DNA of 64,000 nucleotides from Nitrospirales bacterium (GTDB lineage Bacteria; Nitrospirota; Nitrospiria; Nitrospirales; UBA8639). Below are positions 29,479 through 39,352 of this stretch, one piece after another. Position 1 is the stretch's first letter. Every line of letters starts with the position of its first letter. The notes under the pieces are model-generated. The model saw only the letters and a program-made list of their open reading frames with translations. It searched no databases and was not told the origin of the DNA. The translations under genes and the position numbers were made by a program. The stretch covers positions 2,496,001 through 2,560,000 of the forward strand of contig OY820905.2 of NCBI GenBank assembly GCA_963555755.3. Direction: 5' to 3'.

Positions 29479-30627
29479 CTATTCTCGCCATCCTTCTGCG
29501 CGCTGTTCAGCTTCGGCAATTTGAGTCATGTCCATTCTGGTGGCTAGATGATCTCTTGCCCTTGTTGCCTCTCCATCGCTCTGGTCCGCTGAAAGGGTGA
29601 ACCACTTATACGCCTCCACGTCATCTTGGTTCAGGCCTAATCCATCTCGATACATCTTTCCCAAAAGATATTGTCCCTCTGCATGACCTTGTTCGGCGGC
29701 TTGGCGAATCCAATGCTCGGCTTCTTGATAATCTTGTTGAACTCCCTTTCCTTCGAAATACAGCACGCCTAAATGGTACTGGGCTTTCTCCATTCCTTGT
29801 TCTGCGGCTAAGTGATACCATTTCACGGCTTCTCGCTCATCTTTCGTCAGGCCCGTTCCATTGGCATACAACCACCCCAAGCTGTACTGAGCTTCCCGGT
29901 GTCCCTGTTCGGCAGCCTTCCGAAACCACTGTGCAGCTTTTTGATCGTCTTGTGTGGTTTCATCGGTTCTCTGATACAGCCAGCCTAACGCGTACTGAGC
30001 GATGACATGGCCCTGCTCTGCTGCACGTTCCCACCAGGGTATGGCATCCTCCAGGTTTGTCGCGACTCCTTGACCATTGGCATAACTCCACCCCAGGCTG
30101 TATTGTGCTTCAGCAAGTCCTTGGTTCGCGGCTTTTCGAAACCACTTCACGGCTTGTTGAGGATCTTGCGTGACACCGTGGCCATTCACATGAAGCCAAC
30201 CGAGACTATACTGCGCGTGCAAGTATTCCTGGTCTGCCGCCTGATGAAACCACTTGGCCGCTTGCTGATAATCTTGGCTGACTCCTTCGCCTCGTTCGTA
30301 CATCACACCCAAGTTAAATTGCGCTTCAATTTCTCCCTGCTCAGCTGCCATGTGATACCATTTCCCCGCTTCGTGATTATTCTGTGGAGTCCCTTCCCCC
30401 TTGCGATACATGTCCCCGAGAAAGGATTGCGCCGCAGCATTTCCTTGTTCTGCCTCTACATGAAATTCATGCAAGGCGGTTTCATGGTCTCCGAATGCAT
30501 AGGCTCGAATCCCAGTCTCTAAGTCCGCGATTGCCTCAGACATTGGTCTCAGGAAAAGGATGATCATCCAAATCACGAACATGGAAATTGGGAAAGACCG
30601 AGAGCCCTTCCTGCAAAACATTTTCAT
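29479..30627 (-). CDS. Sel1-like repeat protein, secreted
   Basis: Repeated AQYxLGxxYxxGxGVxQDxxxAxxWxxxAAEQG units after a signal peptide. Confidence 0.92.
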   Translation of the reverse strand: MKMFCRKGSRSFPISMFVIWMIILFLRPMSEAIADLETGIRAYAFGDHETALHEFHVEAEQGNAAAQSFLGDMYRKGEGTPQNNHEAGKWYHMAAEQGEIEAQFNLGVMYERGEGVSQDYQQAAKWFHQAADQEYLHAQYSLGWLHVNGHGVTQDPQQAVKWFRKAANQGLAEAQYSLGWSYANGQGVATNLEDAIPWWERAAEQGHVIAQYALGWLYQRTDETTQDDQKAAQWFRKAAEQGHREAQYSLGWLYANGTGLTKDEREAVKWYHLAAEQGMEKAQYHLGVLYFEGKGVQQDYQEAEHWIRQAAEQGHAEGQYLLGKMYRDGLGLNQDDVEAYKWFTLSADQSDGEATRARDHLATRMDMTQIAEAEQRAEGWRE

Positions 30628-30908
30628 ATGATTATTATGAAAGATTTCTTAGACAAACACCAAATTGACGCAAAGGTACACTCAAGATGTTGTCCCGTAT
30701 GGTAAAAAAACTCAAACGGGGAAAGTTTGACGAACCTTCTCATTGGGCCTCTGGGAAGGCTAGGGATTCGGCATGCACAGGCCCTCTTGCGTTCCAATCG
30801 CACTACGTTGACAATTGCTCTATGGGCAGACCAATCCCGAGCCTTATCGCAATAAGTTTTGGTTCAGGGTGAGGCGCTTGTCTTTTTTCGAGTGAAGGGA
30901 GGCGGGTG

Positions 30909-31895
30909 ATGAAGGTTTTAGTTCTCGGAGCAACTGGGCAGTTGGGATCAAACCTGGTGCGGATGTTGTTGGCAAAGGGCGATCAGGTTCGCGCTCTCGT
31001 GCGTCCGACAAGTAAAACGCTGACTCTCGATGGCCTTGACATCGAACGAGTCACCGGAGACCTCAACAATCTCGATTCGCTGGTTCTCGCTTGTGAGCAC
31101 GCGCAGGTGGTGTATCAAACGGCCAGCTATTACCCTCCCGCGACGATCCCAGCCGAGGAGGCTAAAGCCCAGGCTCTCAAAGAAACCAATAATCTGCTCA
31201 ATGCCGTCCGGCAGACGGGCGTCGAGTGCCTGGTGTTTACCAGCACCTTAACGACCATTGGGTTCCCCACAGCTCCCGGCCAATTGGCTAACGAAGATTG
31301 TTTATTCAGCACACAATTTCCCAACAACCCATACTTGACCGCTAAAATGGCGATGGAGATCCGGGTACTAGAAGCCACGAGGGAAGGCATTCCCGCCGTT
31401 GTCGTCAACCCGACGGCCTTCTTCGGGCCCTACGACAGCAAACCGACGAGTGGGACTCAAATCTTGATGATTGCGAAACGACTGATGCCTGGCTACATCC
31501 AGGGGCCAGTCAACGTGATTGACGTGCGGGATGTGGCAGGCGCACTCATCAAAGCCGCAGAGCGTGGGCGCGTTGGGGAGCGGTACATCATCGGGAACTG
31601 GAATACCACACAGCAAGACTTGAACAAACTCATCGCCAAGGTGGCCGGGGTGATGGCCCCCATGATTCCCGTTCCGTTTCTCATCGCCCAACAGGGGTCG
31701 AAACTCGGGGAATGGGCCACCAAGACCATTTTACAAAAGCCTCCCTTCGTCCCAGCCTTTTTCGTGGAGATGCTCAAGCACATGCAGCAGTACGATTGCT
31801 CGAAGGGCCTGCGCGAATTGGGTTATCACCAAAGCTCTGTGGAAACGGCGATCCGGGATGCCCTGACGTGGTTTAAACAGAATGGGTATGTGTGA
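30909..31895 (+). CDS. NAD-dependent epimerase/dehydratase (HpnA/DFR-like SDR)
   Basis: LVLGATGQLG, YxxxK (YLTAK), VVVNPTAFFGPYDSKPTSG, IDVRDVA. Confidence 0.88.
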   Translation: MKVLVLGATGQLGSNLVRMLLAKGDQVRALVRPTSKTLTLDGLDIERVTGDLNNLDSLVLACEHAQVVYQTASYYPPATIPAEEAKAQALKETNNLLNAVRQTGVECLVFTSTLTTIGFPTAPGQLANEDCLFSTQFPNNPYLTAKMAMEIRVLEATREGIPAVVVNPTAFFGPYDSKPTSGTQILMIAKRLMPGYIQGPVNVIDVRDVAGALIKAAERGRVGERYIIGNWNTTQQDLNKLIAKVAGVMAPMIPVPFLIAQQGSKLGEWATKTILQKPPFVPAFFVEMLKHMQQYDCSKGLRELGYHQSSVETAIRDALTWFKQNGYV

Positions 31896-31923
31896 GGGGA
31901 GAGGCGCTTTTCCCTCGGGAAAC

Positions 31924-34900
31924 ATGATGTCCCAAAGTTCCAACCTGATCCCGCACTTTTCTGCCAGTGAGGCCCAGTCCCTCGCCGCGGATCTGTTTGG
32001 CGTTTCTGCGACGGCACGACCCCTTCCGAGTGAACAGGACCAAAACTTTCTTCTTGAACCTTCTTCGGGACCGCAGTTCGTCCTGAAGATTGCCAATGCT
32101 GGCCAGGACACTGCAATCCTCGACGCTCAGAATGCGGCGCTCACTCACCTGGCCAGCCAGGCACCTGAGTTCCATTGTCCTCGCATTCATCCAGCAACAA
32201 CCGGTGAGTTGATCGCGCGCGCGCAGGGATCAGACGGTTCGACTCACTTTGTGAGGATGTTGACCTATGTGCCTGGTCACCTCTTCGTTCATACGAGCCC
32301 CCACACCTCTGAACTACTCGACAGCCTTGGCCAATGTTTTGGTCAACTCGATCGAGCTCTGAGTCCGTTCTCCCATCCTGCTTTAAAACGAGTGCTCCAG
32401 TGGGATTTGAAACACGCGAGTGAGGTCATCGAGCAGAACATTGACCATATCGCCGAATCCGGTCAGCGCAACCTCGTGACCCATTTTCTCCAACGCTTTC
32501 GGAAAGTCGTGCTGCCGGCTCTACCCAAACTTCGAACCAGCGTCATTCACAATGACGGAAACGATTACAATGTGTTGGTCTCCGACCTTTACCCATCTGG
32601 CGGAACCGTCACTGGGGTAATCGACTTTGGAGACCTTGTCGAAACGCACACCGTGTTCGAACTCGCCATCTGTTCAGCCTATGCTCTTTTGGGGAAAGCG
32701 GATCCCATAGCCGCCGTTGCACAGGTCGTAGGCGGATACCATTTATCCAACCCACTCACGGAACTTGAGCTTGAATTGCTGTATGACTTAATCGCCACTC
32801 GCCTTTGCACCAGCGTGGTGATTGCAGCTCGTGAAAAAAAGGCTCATCCCGAGAACTCCTACCTCACAGTGTCTGAAGCACCTGCATCGACGGCCTTGCA
32901 CCAACTCGCCAGCCTGAGCCCTCGGTTCACTCACTATGCTTTTCGCCATGCCTGTGGGCTAGCACCGTGCGAACGAGACGTTCCTATTGTGGAATGGCTT
33001 CGAACTCACGCACAGGCTATGGGGCCTGTTGTGGAACACGATGTGCAAAACGCAGCCTCTTTCGTGTTTGATCTATGCCCAGGAAGTTTTGACTTCACTG
33101 AAGTCGCAGATCTTTCCAATACTAAACGATGGGCAGAAGTCCTTTTTGAACGAATGGAGTCGGCAGGCGTGCAGGTTGGCATCGGTCGATATAACGAACC
33201 AAGACGGACCTACACCTCTACCTCTTACCGACCAGACGCAGGCGAGATCGAAGACTGCCGAACGATTCATCTCGGCATGGATCTCTTTTTGGAGCCTGGG
33301 ACAAGAGTACTGACACCATTAGATAGTGTAGTGCACAGCTTTGCGAATAACACCCAACCTCAGGATTACGGACCCACCATCATTCTCCGACATCACACTG
33401 ATGCTGGATTGGAATTTTTCACTCTCTATGGCCATCTGAGCGTGGAATCACTCGAAAGTCTTTCTCCTGGTAAACACATGGCGAAGGGTACTTGTCTTGG
33501 GACGATTGGCACGTCAGCGATCAACGGTGGCTGGCCTCCCCATCTCCACTTTCAACTCATCACCGACGTCTTTGAGTATTCCGGCAATTTCCCAGGTGTG
33601 TGTACGGCGCGTGATCGTGACCTGTGGCTTGCACTGTGCCCGGATCCCAATCTGATCCTTCGCATTCCCAACTTACCCAAACCGGATCATGGCCGAAGTC
33701 TTGAGGACATTCTTACAGCTCGTCAGCAGCACATTGGAAAATCTCTTAGCCTGTCGTACCACAAGCCGCTCAAAATCGTTCAAGGGTGGATGCAATACCT
33801 GTACGACCACTTGGGCCGAGAGTATCTCGACACGGTGAACAATGTGAATCATGTTGGCCATTCGCATCCTACCGTAGTCCAGGCTGCCCAACGGCAGATG
33901 GCTGTTCTCAATACCAATACACGTTTCCTTCATGACAACCTTGTCGACTATGCCGAACGCTTGTGTGCCCTGTTTCCCAGTCCACTGAACGTTTGCTTCT
34001 TCGTCTGCTCAGGGAGCGAAGCCAATGAACTGGCCTTGCGCCTGGCACGCGCACATACTCGGGCCACGGATTTTATCGTGGTGGAGGGTGGATACCACGG
34101 CAACACGTCCACGCTAGTCGATATCAGTCCCTACAAGTTTGATGGGCCCGGGGGAGCTGGCGCACCACCCAACGTTCACACGGTCATGATGCCCGACCCC
34201 TACCGTGGACCGCACAGGGATAAGCAGACAGCAGGGCACCTTTACGCTCAGCAGGTGCACGAAGTGGTCAACCTCATCCAAAGCAATGGGAACCGAGTGT
34301 GTGCGTTTATCTGTGAGTCGATGTTAAGCTGCGGCGGCCAGATCATTTTGCCACCCGAGTATTTAGCCGAAGCGTATCATCACGTGCGAGCAGCAGGGGG
34401 AGTCTGTATTGCCGATGAAGTCCAGGTGGGTTTTGGGAGGTTGGGGTCACACTTCTGGGGCTTCCAAACTCAGGGCGTGGTCCCTGATATCGTCACACTG
34501 GGGAAACCTATGGGGAACGGCCATCCACTCGCAGCAGTGGTCACGAGGCCGGAAATTGCCGAGTCCTTTGCCAATGGCATGGAGTACTTCAACACGTTCG
34601 GGGGAAATCCTGTTTCGTGCGCCATTGGAATGGCCGTGCTGAATATCATCGAAACCGAACACCTCCAGGAACATGCCCTGCACACGGGCCAGTATTTTAA
34701 GGAACAACTCAGCCAGTTGATGAAGCATCACGCTCTAATTGGTGATGTGCGAGGAGAGGGGCTGTTTTTGGGTGTAGAGCTAGTGAGAGATGGTGACACG
34801 TTAGAAACCGCTGGGGTAGAAGCCTCGTATGTGAGTAATCGCATGAAAGACTTAGGTGTCCTTGTTAGTACAGATGGCCCGTTTCACAATGTGCTAAAAA

Positions 34901-35007
34901 TAAAGCCTCCGATGGTCTTTACTCAGGCTGACGCAGACCGGTTCATATCGGTCCTGGACCAAGTACTTGGTGAACCTCGGCTCAAACTTATCGGTACCTC
35001 CTCTTGA
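31924..35007 (+). CDS. APH-like kinase + M23-like domain + class III aminotransferase fusion (hydroxylysine kinase/phospho-lyase-like)
   Basis: IHNDGNDYN and IDFGD (kinase); HLGMD, YGHL and PHLHFQ (M23); [10 protein letters not shown] and [10 protein letters not shown] (PLP class III). Confidence 0.88.
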   Translation: MMSQSSNLIPHFSASEAQSLAADLFGVSATARPLPSEQDQNFLLEPSSGPQFVLKIANAGQDTAILDAQNAALTHLASQAPEFHCPRIHPATTGELIARAQGSDGSTHFVRMLTYVPGHLFVHTSPHTSELLDSLGQCFGQLDRALSPFSHPALKRVLQWDLKHASEVIEQNIDHIAESGQRNLVTHFLQRFRKVVLPALPKLRTSVIHNDGNDYNVLVSDLYPSGGTVTGVIDFGDLVETHTVFELAICSAYALLGKADPIAAVAQVVGGYHLSNPLTELELELLYDLIATRLCTSVVIAAREKKAHPENSYLTVSEAPASTALHQLASLSPRFTHYAFRHACGLAPCERDVPIVEWLRTHAQAMGPVVEHDVQNAASFVFDLCPGSFDFTEVADLSNTKRWAEVLFERMESAGVQVGIGRYNEPRRTYTSTSYRPDAGEIEDCRTIHLGMDLFLEPGTRVLTPLDSVVHSFANNTQPQDYGPTIILRHHTDAGLEFFTLYGHLSVESLESLSPGKHMAKGTCLGTIGTSAINGGWPPHLHFQLITDVFEYSGNFPGVCTARDRDLWLALCPDPNLILRIPNLPKPDHGRSLEDILTARQQHIGKSLSLSYHKPLKIVQGWMQYLYDHLGREYLDTVNNVNHVGHSHPTVVQAAQRQMAVLNTNTRFLHDNLVDYAERLCALFPSPLNVCFFVCSGSEANELALRLARAHTRATDFIVVEGGYHGNTSTLVDISPYKFDGPGGAGAPPNVHTVMMPDPYRGPHRDKQTAGHLYAQQVHEVVNLIQSNGNRVCAFICESMLSCGGQIILPPEYLAEAYHHVRAAGGVCIADEVQVGFGRLGSHFWGFQTQGVVPDIVTLGKPMGNGHPLAAVVTRPEIAESFANGMEYFNTFGGNPVSCAIGMAVLNIIETEHLQEHALHTGQYFKEQLSQLMKHHALIGDVRGEGLFLGVELVRDGDTLETAGVEASYVSNRMKDLGVLVSTDGPFHNVLKIKPPMVFTQADADRFISVLDQVLGEPRLKLIGTSS

Positions 35008-35102
35008 ACAATTCCTTTTAACCTAGAAACGGCAGTTGGGCGCAAAAAAGACGTGTAAGCTATTGGTGTGCATGGTGCAATACAAAAAGTCGTAGTCACC
35101 TT

Positions 35103-35261
35103 AGGGTTCGCGCAAGAATACCTTCCCCGGTTTGGGCGTCGATCCATCCCGCCTGGCGGCGTTGCTCGTTCTTTCCATACGAGGAGTATGCGCAGTCCTC
35201 GCGCCTTGCCAGACAGGTGTCTCAGCACCCAAACCGGGGAAGGTATTCTTGCGCGAACCCT
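35103..35261. repeat. MITE-like repeat family D copy 1
   Basis: TIR AGGGTTCGCGCAAGAATA / TATTCTTGCGCGAACCCT; inverted copy at 51447-51605. Confidence 0.88.
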
Positions 35262-35302
35262 CCGTGGTGATGAGACATTTTTGTATTGTGCCAGGTGCGC
35301 CT

Positions 35303-35595
35303 AGGAGCCTGTCCGAGATTAGGGATCGTTGCGAGGGAGTGCTGGTTTGAGTCAGATGTTTCGATCGTTTGAGGCGAATAGTAGGGCTATTCAACGAAAA
35401 CGGGGAAGGTTGAAAAAGGCTGTCCAGCAAGGCCGCAGGGCTTTTGGCGCGCGGAGCGTACACGGAGTACGTGAGCACACCAAAAGCCCGAGAACGCAGC
35501 TGGCCGCCTTTTTCAACCTTCCCCGAAAAGGATCGGAAGATCTGGCCACATCCAGCGCACCCGCAGTAGATCCGTCTAATCTTGGACAGGCTCCT
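35303..35595. repeat. MITE-like element family E containing a nested family A copy (35401-35525)
   Basis: Outer TIR AGGAGCCTGTCCGAGATTAG / CTAATCTTGGACAGGCTCCT; inner perfect TIR CGGGGAAGGTTGAAAAAGGC flanked by AAAA on both sides. Confidence 0.82.
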
Positions 35596-35842
35596 TGAGC
35601 TTGCGCGGACTTTTGTGATCCAACTGCTGTTTCTAGGTTTAAACCCGGATTCAGCCGTTGAGAAATCGTGATCCCCGTTTGGTCAAAAAACTGAACCGGG
35701 GAAAGGTAAAACAAAACCGGCTCATTGGGCCTCTGGCAGCGGTGATTAGAAATTCGCTCGGCACAGGAAGTGCGTCAGCCTCTAGTCCGGGAAGTACCGC
35801 AACGGATACGGAAGTGCAACGGCGCTAATCCTTCAACGGGAA

Positions 35843-35993
35843 GGGAGTCAAGTCTTGACTTAATATCTTAACTTCCTTCTGGTCTGTCCTATGACATGGG
35901 ATCAATCGGTGTGGGGGAAAGTTGAGCCAGTCCCAGGAAAGCCAGCCACGGCTGGCTCGAGCGAAAAAAGGTATTAAGTCAAGACCAGACCCC
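35843..35993. repeat. REP-like repeat family C, full copy
   Basis: GGGAGTCAAGTCTTGACTTAATA...TATTAAGTCAAGACCAGACCCC; near-identical to 38091-38239. Confidence 0.85.
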
Positions 35994-36363
35994 ACACCAC
36001 CACACTTGTGGGCCATGAGCCATTGTAACGACACCCAACATCACTCACCAATTGTGCAACAACGCCGAGCGATCAACGTAACTGCTCGTCGCCACGCGGG
36101 TTTTCCCCTAGTAAGTAGGCTCGCTTGACGCACTTCGTAAGGAGGCGTAGGCTTGCAGCTCTGATATGAATCAGTCGAGGTGTACATGGGGTGACTGGCC
36201 TAAAAATAAGTCGTCTGGATTCAGGACTGCTCTTGCAAGCCCTTCGGGTGGGAACGTGCCCCCGAAGGGCTTTTTCGTTTTCAGCACGAGGTGAAAGGAG
36301 CAACTTGGCCTGCCCGCAAGTTCAGGCGGGAATTCGGTTAGCTGCCTACTTACGAGGAGCTAC

Positions 36364-36435
36364 CTCAGTCCGAGGCGGGACTACAAGCTCAACGATATCA
36401 TGGGGGGCCAAATCGTCTCATACCCGGTGAAATGA
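36364..36435 (+). pseudogene. 3' remnant of a DUF3365 cytochrome paralog
   Basis: LSPRRDYKLNDIMGGQIVSYPVK* matches LSPRKDYKLNDVMGGIIIQFPLK of 28500-29087 at DNA and protein level. Confidence 0.75.
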
Positions 36436-36569
36436 TCAGATGCAGGCGTTGAGCTGAAAATGAAACGTCAACCTCTCAGGCACGCGCGTGAGGCAGGCGG
36501 ACGTGGAAACTGAATGGTCTCCTCAGGGGACTACCCTCAGAGGGGGCTTCCAGCAGAAAGGGGGTCAAC

Positions 36570-37442
36570 ATGTTCACAACACTAGGATTCTGGGGATACC
36601 TGGGAATTGTGGTCGCCCTCGCCGCGATGGTCGGGGTCTTGTACGTTTGCCTGTGCTTCCTGTCCCCCAAAAAAAGACCTAGGGGGACAAAGGGCTGTGT
36701 GATGGTCGTCGAGGATGAGTCGGACGTCAGAGAAAATATACGCGTGAAGCTCGAGCGGGCCGGATACGACGTGATCGAGACAGAGGACGGAGAGAAAGCT
36801 ATCGAGGCGATGGGTTCGGGCGAGAATAGCTTTGATGTCGACGTCATTATCACGGATATCCCCAAGAGCAAGGGCCTGGAAGCAATCACCTATTTCAAGA
36901 AGAATTACCCGAGCATCTCTCTGATTGGCCTGACCGGGTTACCGCATTTCGAGATGGGGAATACCCGACTAACAAAAATTGCCATCCTAGGAGGCGGCAA
37001 AGGTGGAAGCGCGCTGCTCAGTCTATTCAGCCATTTGCCCGGCATTGAGATTGTCGGGATCACCGACAAAGATCCAAACGCACCAGCATTGAAACGTGCC
37101 CATGAGCTGCGTATCCCAGTCGTCCACGATGCGATTAGCCTGATTGCCTCGGAAGGCACGGATCTGATCGTGGACGTGACCGGCGACCCTCACATGCAAC
37201 AGCTCATTGCTGAGCATAAGGGCCCGGGGGCGGAAATATTGGGAGGCGCAACCGCCAGACTCCTTTGGGATGTGGTTCAGCACGAGGCGGAGATGCAGAC
37301 CCATTTACACCAGAACGAGTCATTGGCCAGCCTGGTCACGCACGGGATGCTCGTAAACTATCTGGTCAAACCACTTCAGGATGAGACCCTCATAGCGTCA
37401 GTCACCAATGCGATGGAGCAGCGGGAAATCCATCGGTTATAA
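36570..37442 (+). CDS. Membrane-anchored response regulator with an inserted Rossmann-like domain
   Basis: N-terminal TM helix, VMVVEDE, IITD, LTG, then insert IAILGGGKGG...LIVDVTGD, then NYLVKP. Confidence 0.75.
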   Translation: MFTTLGFWGYLGIVVALAAMVGVLYVCLCFLSPKKRPRGTKGCVMVVEDESDVRENIRVKLERAGYDVIETEDGEKAIEAMGSGENSFDVDVIITDIPKSKGLEAITYFKKNYPSISLIGLTGLPHFEMGNTRLTKIAILGGGKGGSALLSLFSHLPGIEIVGITDKDPNAPALKRAHELRIPVVHDAISLIASEGTDLIVDVTGDPHMQQLIAEHKGPGAEILGGATARLLWDVVQHEAEMQTHLHQNESLASLVTHGMLVNYLVKPLQDETLIASVTNAMEQREIHRL

Positions 37443-37595
37443 GACGGTCAAGTCAGTACATTATTCCTGCACAGCAATAGAAGCCTCACGCCTGCGGGTG
37501 TGAGGCTCTACACGCCGATACGAATATGGGCCTGTTGGATATTGCACTCCAATAGCCAACCAAAGCTCCAGATGAGCCACGCATCGTCAATGGGA

Positions 37596-37741
37596 GGGAA
37601 TGTTCAAAAAAGCATTCCCTGAGTCTTTCCGAAGGGTCTATCCAGCAAGGCCGCAGCCATTTTGACGCGCGGAGCGTACATTGAGTACGTGAGCACGGCG
37701 AAAGGGCGAGAACGCCGCTGGCGGCTTTTTTTAACATTCCC
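37596..37741. repeat. Family A repeat copy 6 (inverted)
   Basis: GGGAATGTTCAAAAAAG...CGGAGCGTACATTGAGTACGTGAG...TTTTTTAACATTCCC. Confidence 0.82.
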
Positions 37742-37792
37742 AAAATGGCTATTTTTGCCGGATTTGGATTTGGGATTTTACAAGGAGGACTT

Positions 37793-38071
37793 ATGGAGTG
37801 GAGAGCCAGTCATATTTTAATTAAAGAAAAAGGGTTAGCCGACGAACTGAGAAAACGTATTAAAAGCGGAGGAAATTTTGGAGACTTGGCGAAAGAATTT
37901 TCTACCTGTCCAAGTAAATCCAAAAGTGGTGATCTTGGGTGGTTTGGTCCAGGCAAAATGGTCAAACCCTTTGAAGATGCAATCAAACGCATGAGCCATG
38001 GAAGTATTAGCCAGGTAGTAAAAACTCAATTTGGTTACCACATTATTAAAAAAACTGGGCAGAAGGATTAA
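37793..38071 (+). CDS. ppiC: Parvulin-type peptidyl-prolyl isomerase
   Basis: RASHIL, FGDLAKEFSTCPS, GDLGWF, MVKPFE, VKTQFGYHII. Confidence 0.9.
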   Translation: MEWRASHILIKEKGLADELRKRIKSGGNFGDLAKEFSTCPSKSKSGDLGWFGPGKMVKPFEDAIKRMSHGSISQVVKTQFGYHIIKKTGQKD

Positions 38072-38090
38072 TCCAAAAAAAGAGGATAAG

Positions 38091-38239
38091 AGGGCGAGGA
38101 TTGACTTAATACCTTAACTTCCTTCTGGTTTGTCCTACGACGTGGGATCAATCTGTGTGGGGGAAAGTTGAGCCAGTCCCAGGAAAGCCAGCCACGGCTG
38201 GCTCGAACGAAAAAAGGTATTAAGTCAAGACCCGACCCC
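38091..38239. repeat. REP-like repeat family C, full copy
   Basis: Matches 35843-35993 and ends TATTAAGTCAAGACCCGACCCC. Confidence 0.85.
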
Positions 38240-38272
38240 GCCCCCCCAGCAATTCTTATGGATGTGCCTCAA

Positions 38273-38584
38273 TCAATTCCAATTGAATACATCAATTTTG
38301 GTGTCCTCTTCTTGCTCAGGGTGAATAAACTTAAACCCGTCGGGCTCCTGGTAATCCAGGGTAATTCCTTGCATGCGTGGGGCGCTCCGCCCTTCAACCG
38401 CCACAATCAATCCTTTCACCTCCTGCACCTCGTCATCGGGCTGAACCTTATCTTCAAGGGTAATGTTGAACGACAATCGGGCCTCATCGAGGTCCCGCAC
38501 CTTCAATCGGACAATGGGGTCTTCCGGGTGTTCGCGGATTAAAACCTTGAGTTTTGTTACAGCATGTTCCGTAAGAAAAATCAT
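38273..38584 (-). CDS. HesB/IscA-fold protein lacking cysteines
   Basis: MIFLTEHAVTKLK..VRLKV..DDEV..GITLDY..GFKF resembles IscA/HesB; contains no Cys. Confidence 0.6.
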   Translation of the reverse strand: MIFLTEHAVTKLKVLIREHPEDPIVRLKVRDLDEARLSFNITLEDKVQPDDEVQEVKGLIVAVEGRSAPRMQGITLDYQEPDGFKFIHPEQEEDTKIDVFNWN

Positions 38585-38889
38585 ACCTACCCTTCCTTTC
38601 ATCGAGGGTTCCAAATTGGAGTTCCCAGGTACTTATTCTCAATCATGGCGACCTTCATGCCAAGGTTCAACCTGCATTCTTGTAGCCTCTAACAGTTCTT
38701 CCCCCAGACCCTAAATTTTCCACAATCCAATGAAAAACGGTTACAGGATCAACTGTTCCAGCGTCAGGCATGAGTATGCTTTATTCAATAAGGACTGCCA
38801 AAATTTGTTTTTCCAAATATTGAGGGGGAAGGGGCTACCACAGAGTGACTCCTTTTTCCTTCTGAATAAATAAATCAATACTCATGCCT

Positions 38890-39320
38890 GACCCCCCTTG
38901 ATAATTGCGACACGAAATCCCATACAGCACACGTTTGAGGAGAACGTCATCCAAGGCCCCGTGCGCCCGCAAGGGGGGGAGCACGGTTAACGGAATTTCG
39001 GTCTCCCCATCGGGTTGGCGCACCCGCGGAATCCGGAGCGGCACTTGTTGGCCGGCGAGTCGGACACTGCCGGGATTACTCCCATGCCGCCGCCCGGGAA
39101 GCGGCGAGGCTTTCCGGGCATAGCGGGGCCCGGCTACCGTACAGACCTCTGCTTCCAAGAGGGCCTGAACATGGAGGAGGCCCAAGGGGCTGAGGGCCCG
39201 AATACATTCGACTTTCGTCTCCACATCAAACGCCTCATACTGGTCGGGTCGGAGGACCTGGGCCGGCCCCAACCGTTTGGTCTTCTTGCTTCGCTTCGTG
39301 GTTTGCGCACTACTCTTCAT
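38890..39320 (-). pseudogene. IS256-family transposase 5' fragment
   Basis: LLEAEV..AGPRYAR..RHGSNPGSVRLAGQQVPLRIPRVR..GISCRNY; AAGGAG RBS. Confidence 0.8.
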
Positions 39321-39352
39321 GAAGTGGCTCCTTTCGGCTGCTGGAAAAGATG

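Noticed and set aside
35068..35714. Short ORFs such as MLKKAASGVLA or MGVDPSRLAALL (also at 15324, 19919, 24522, 37486, 47886, 51325)
   Set aside because: They are translations of palindromic repeat elements.
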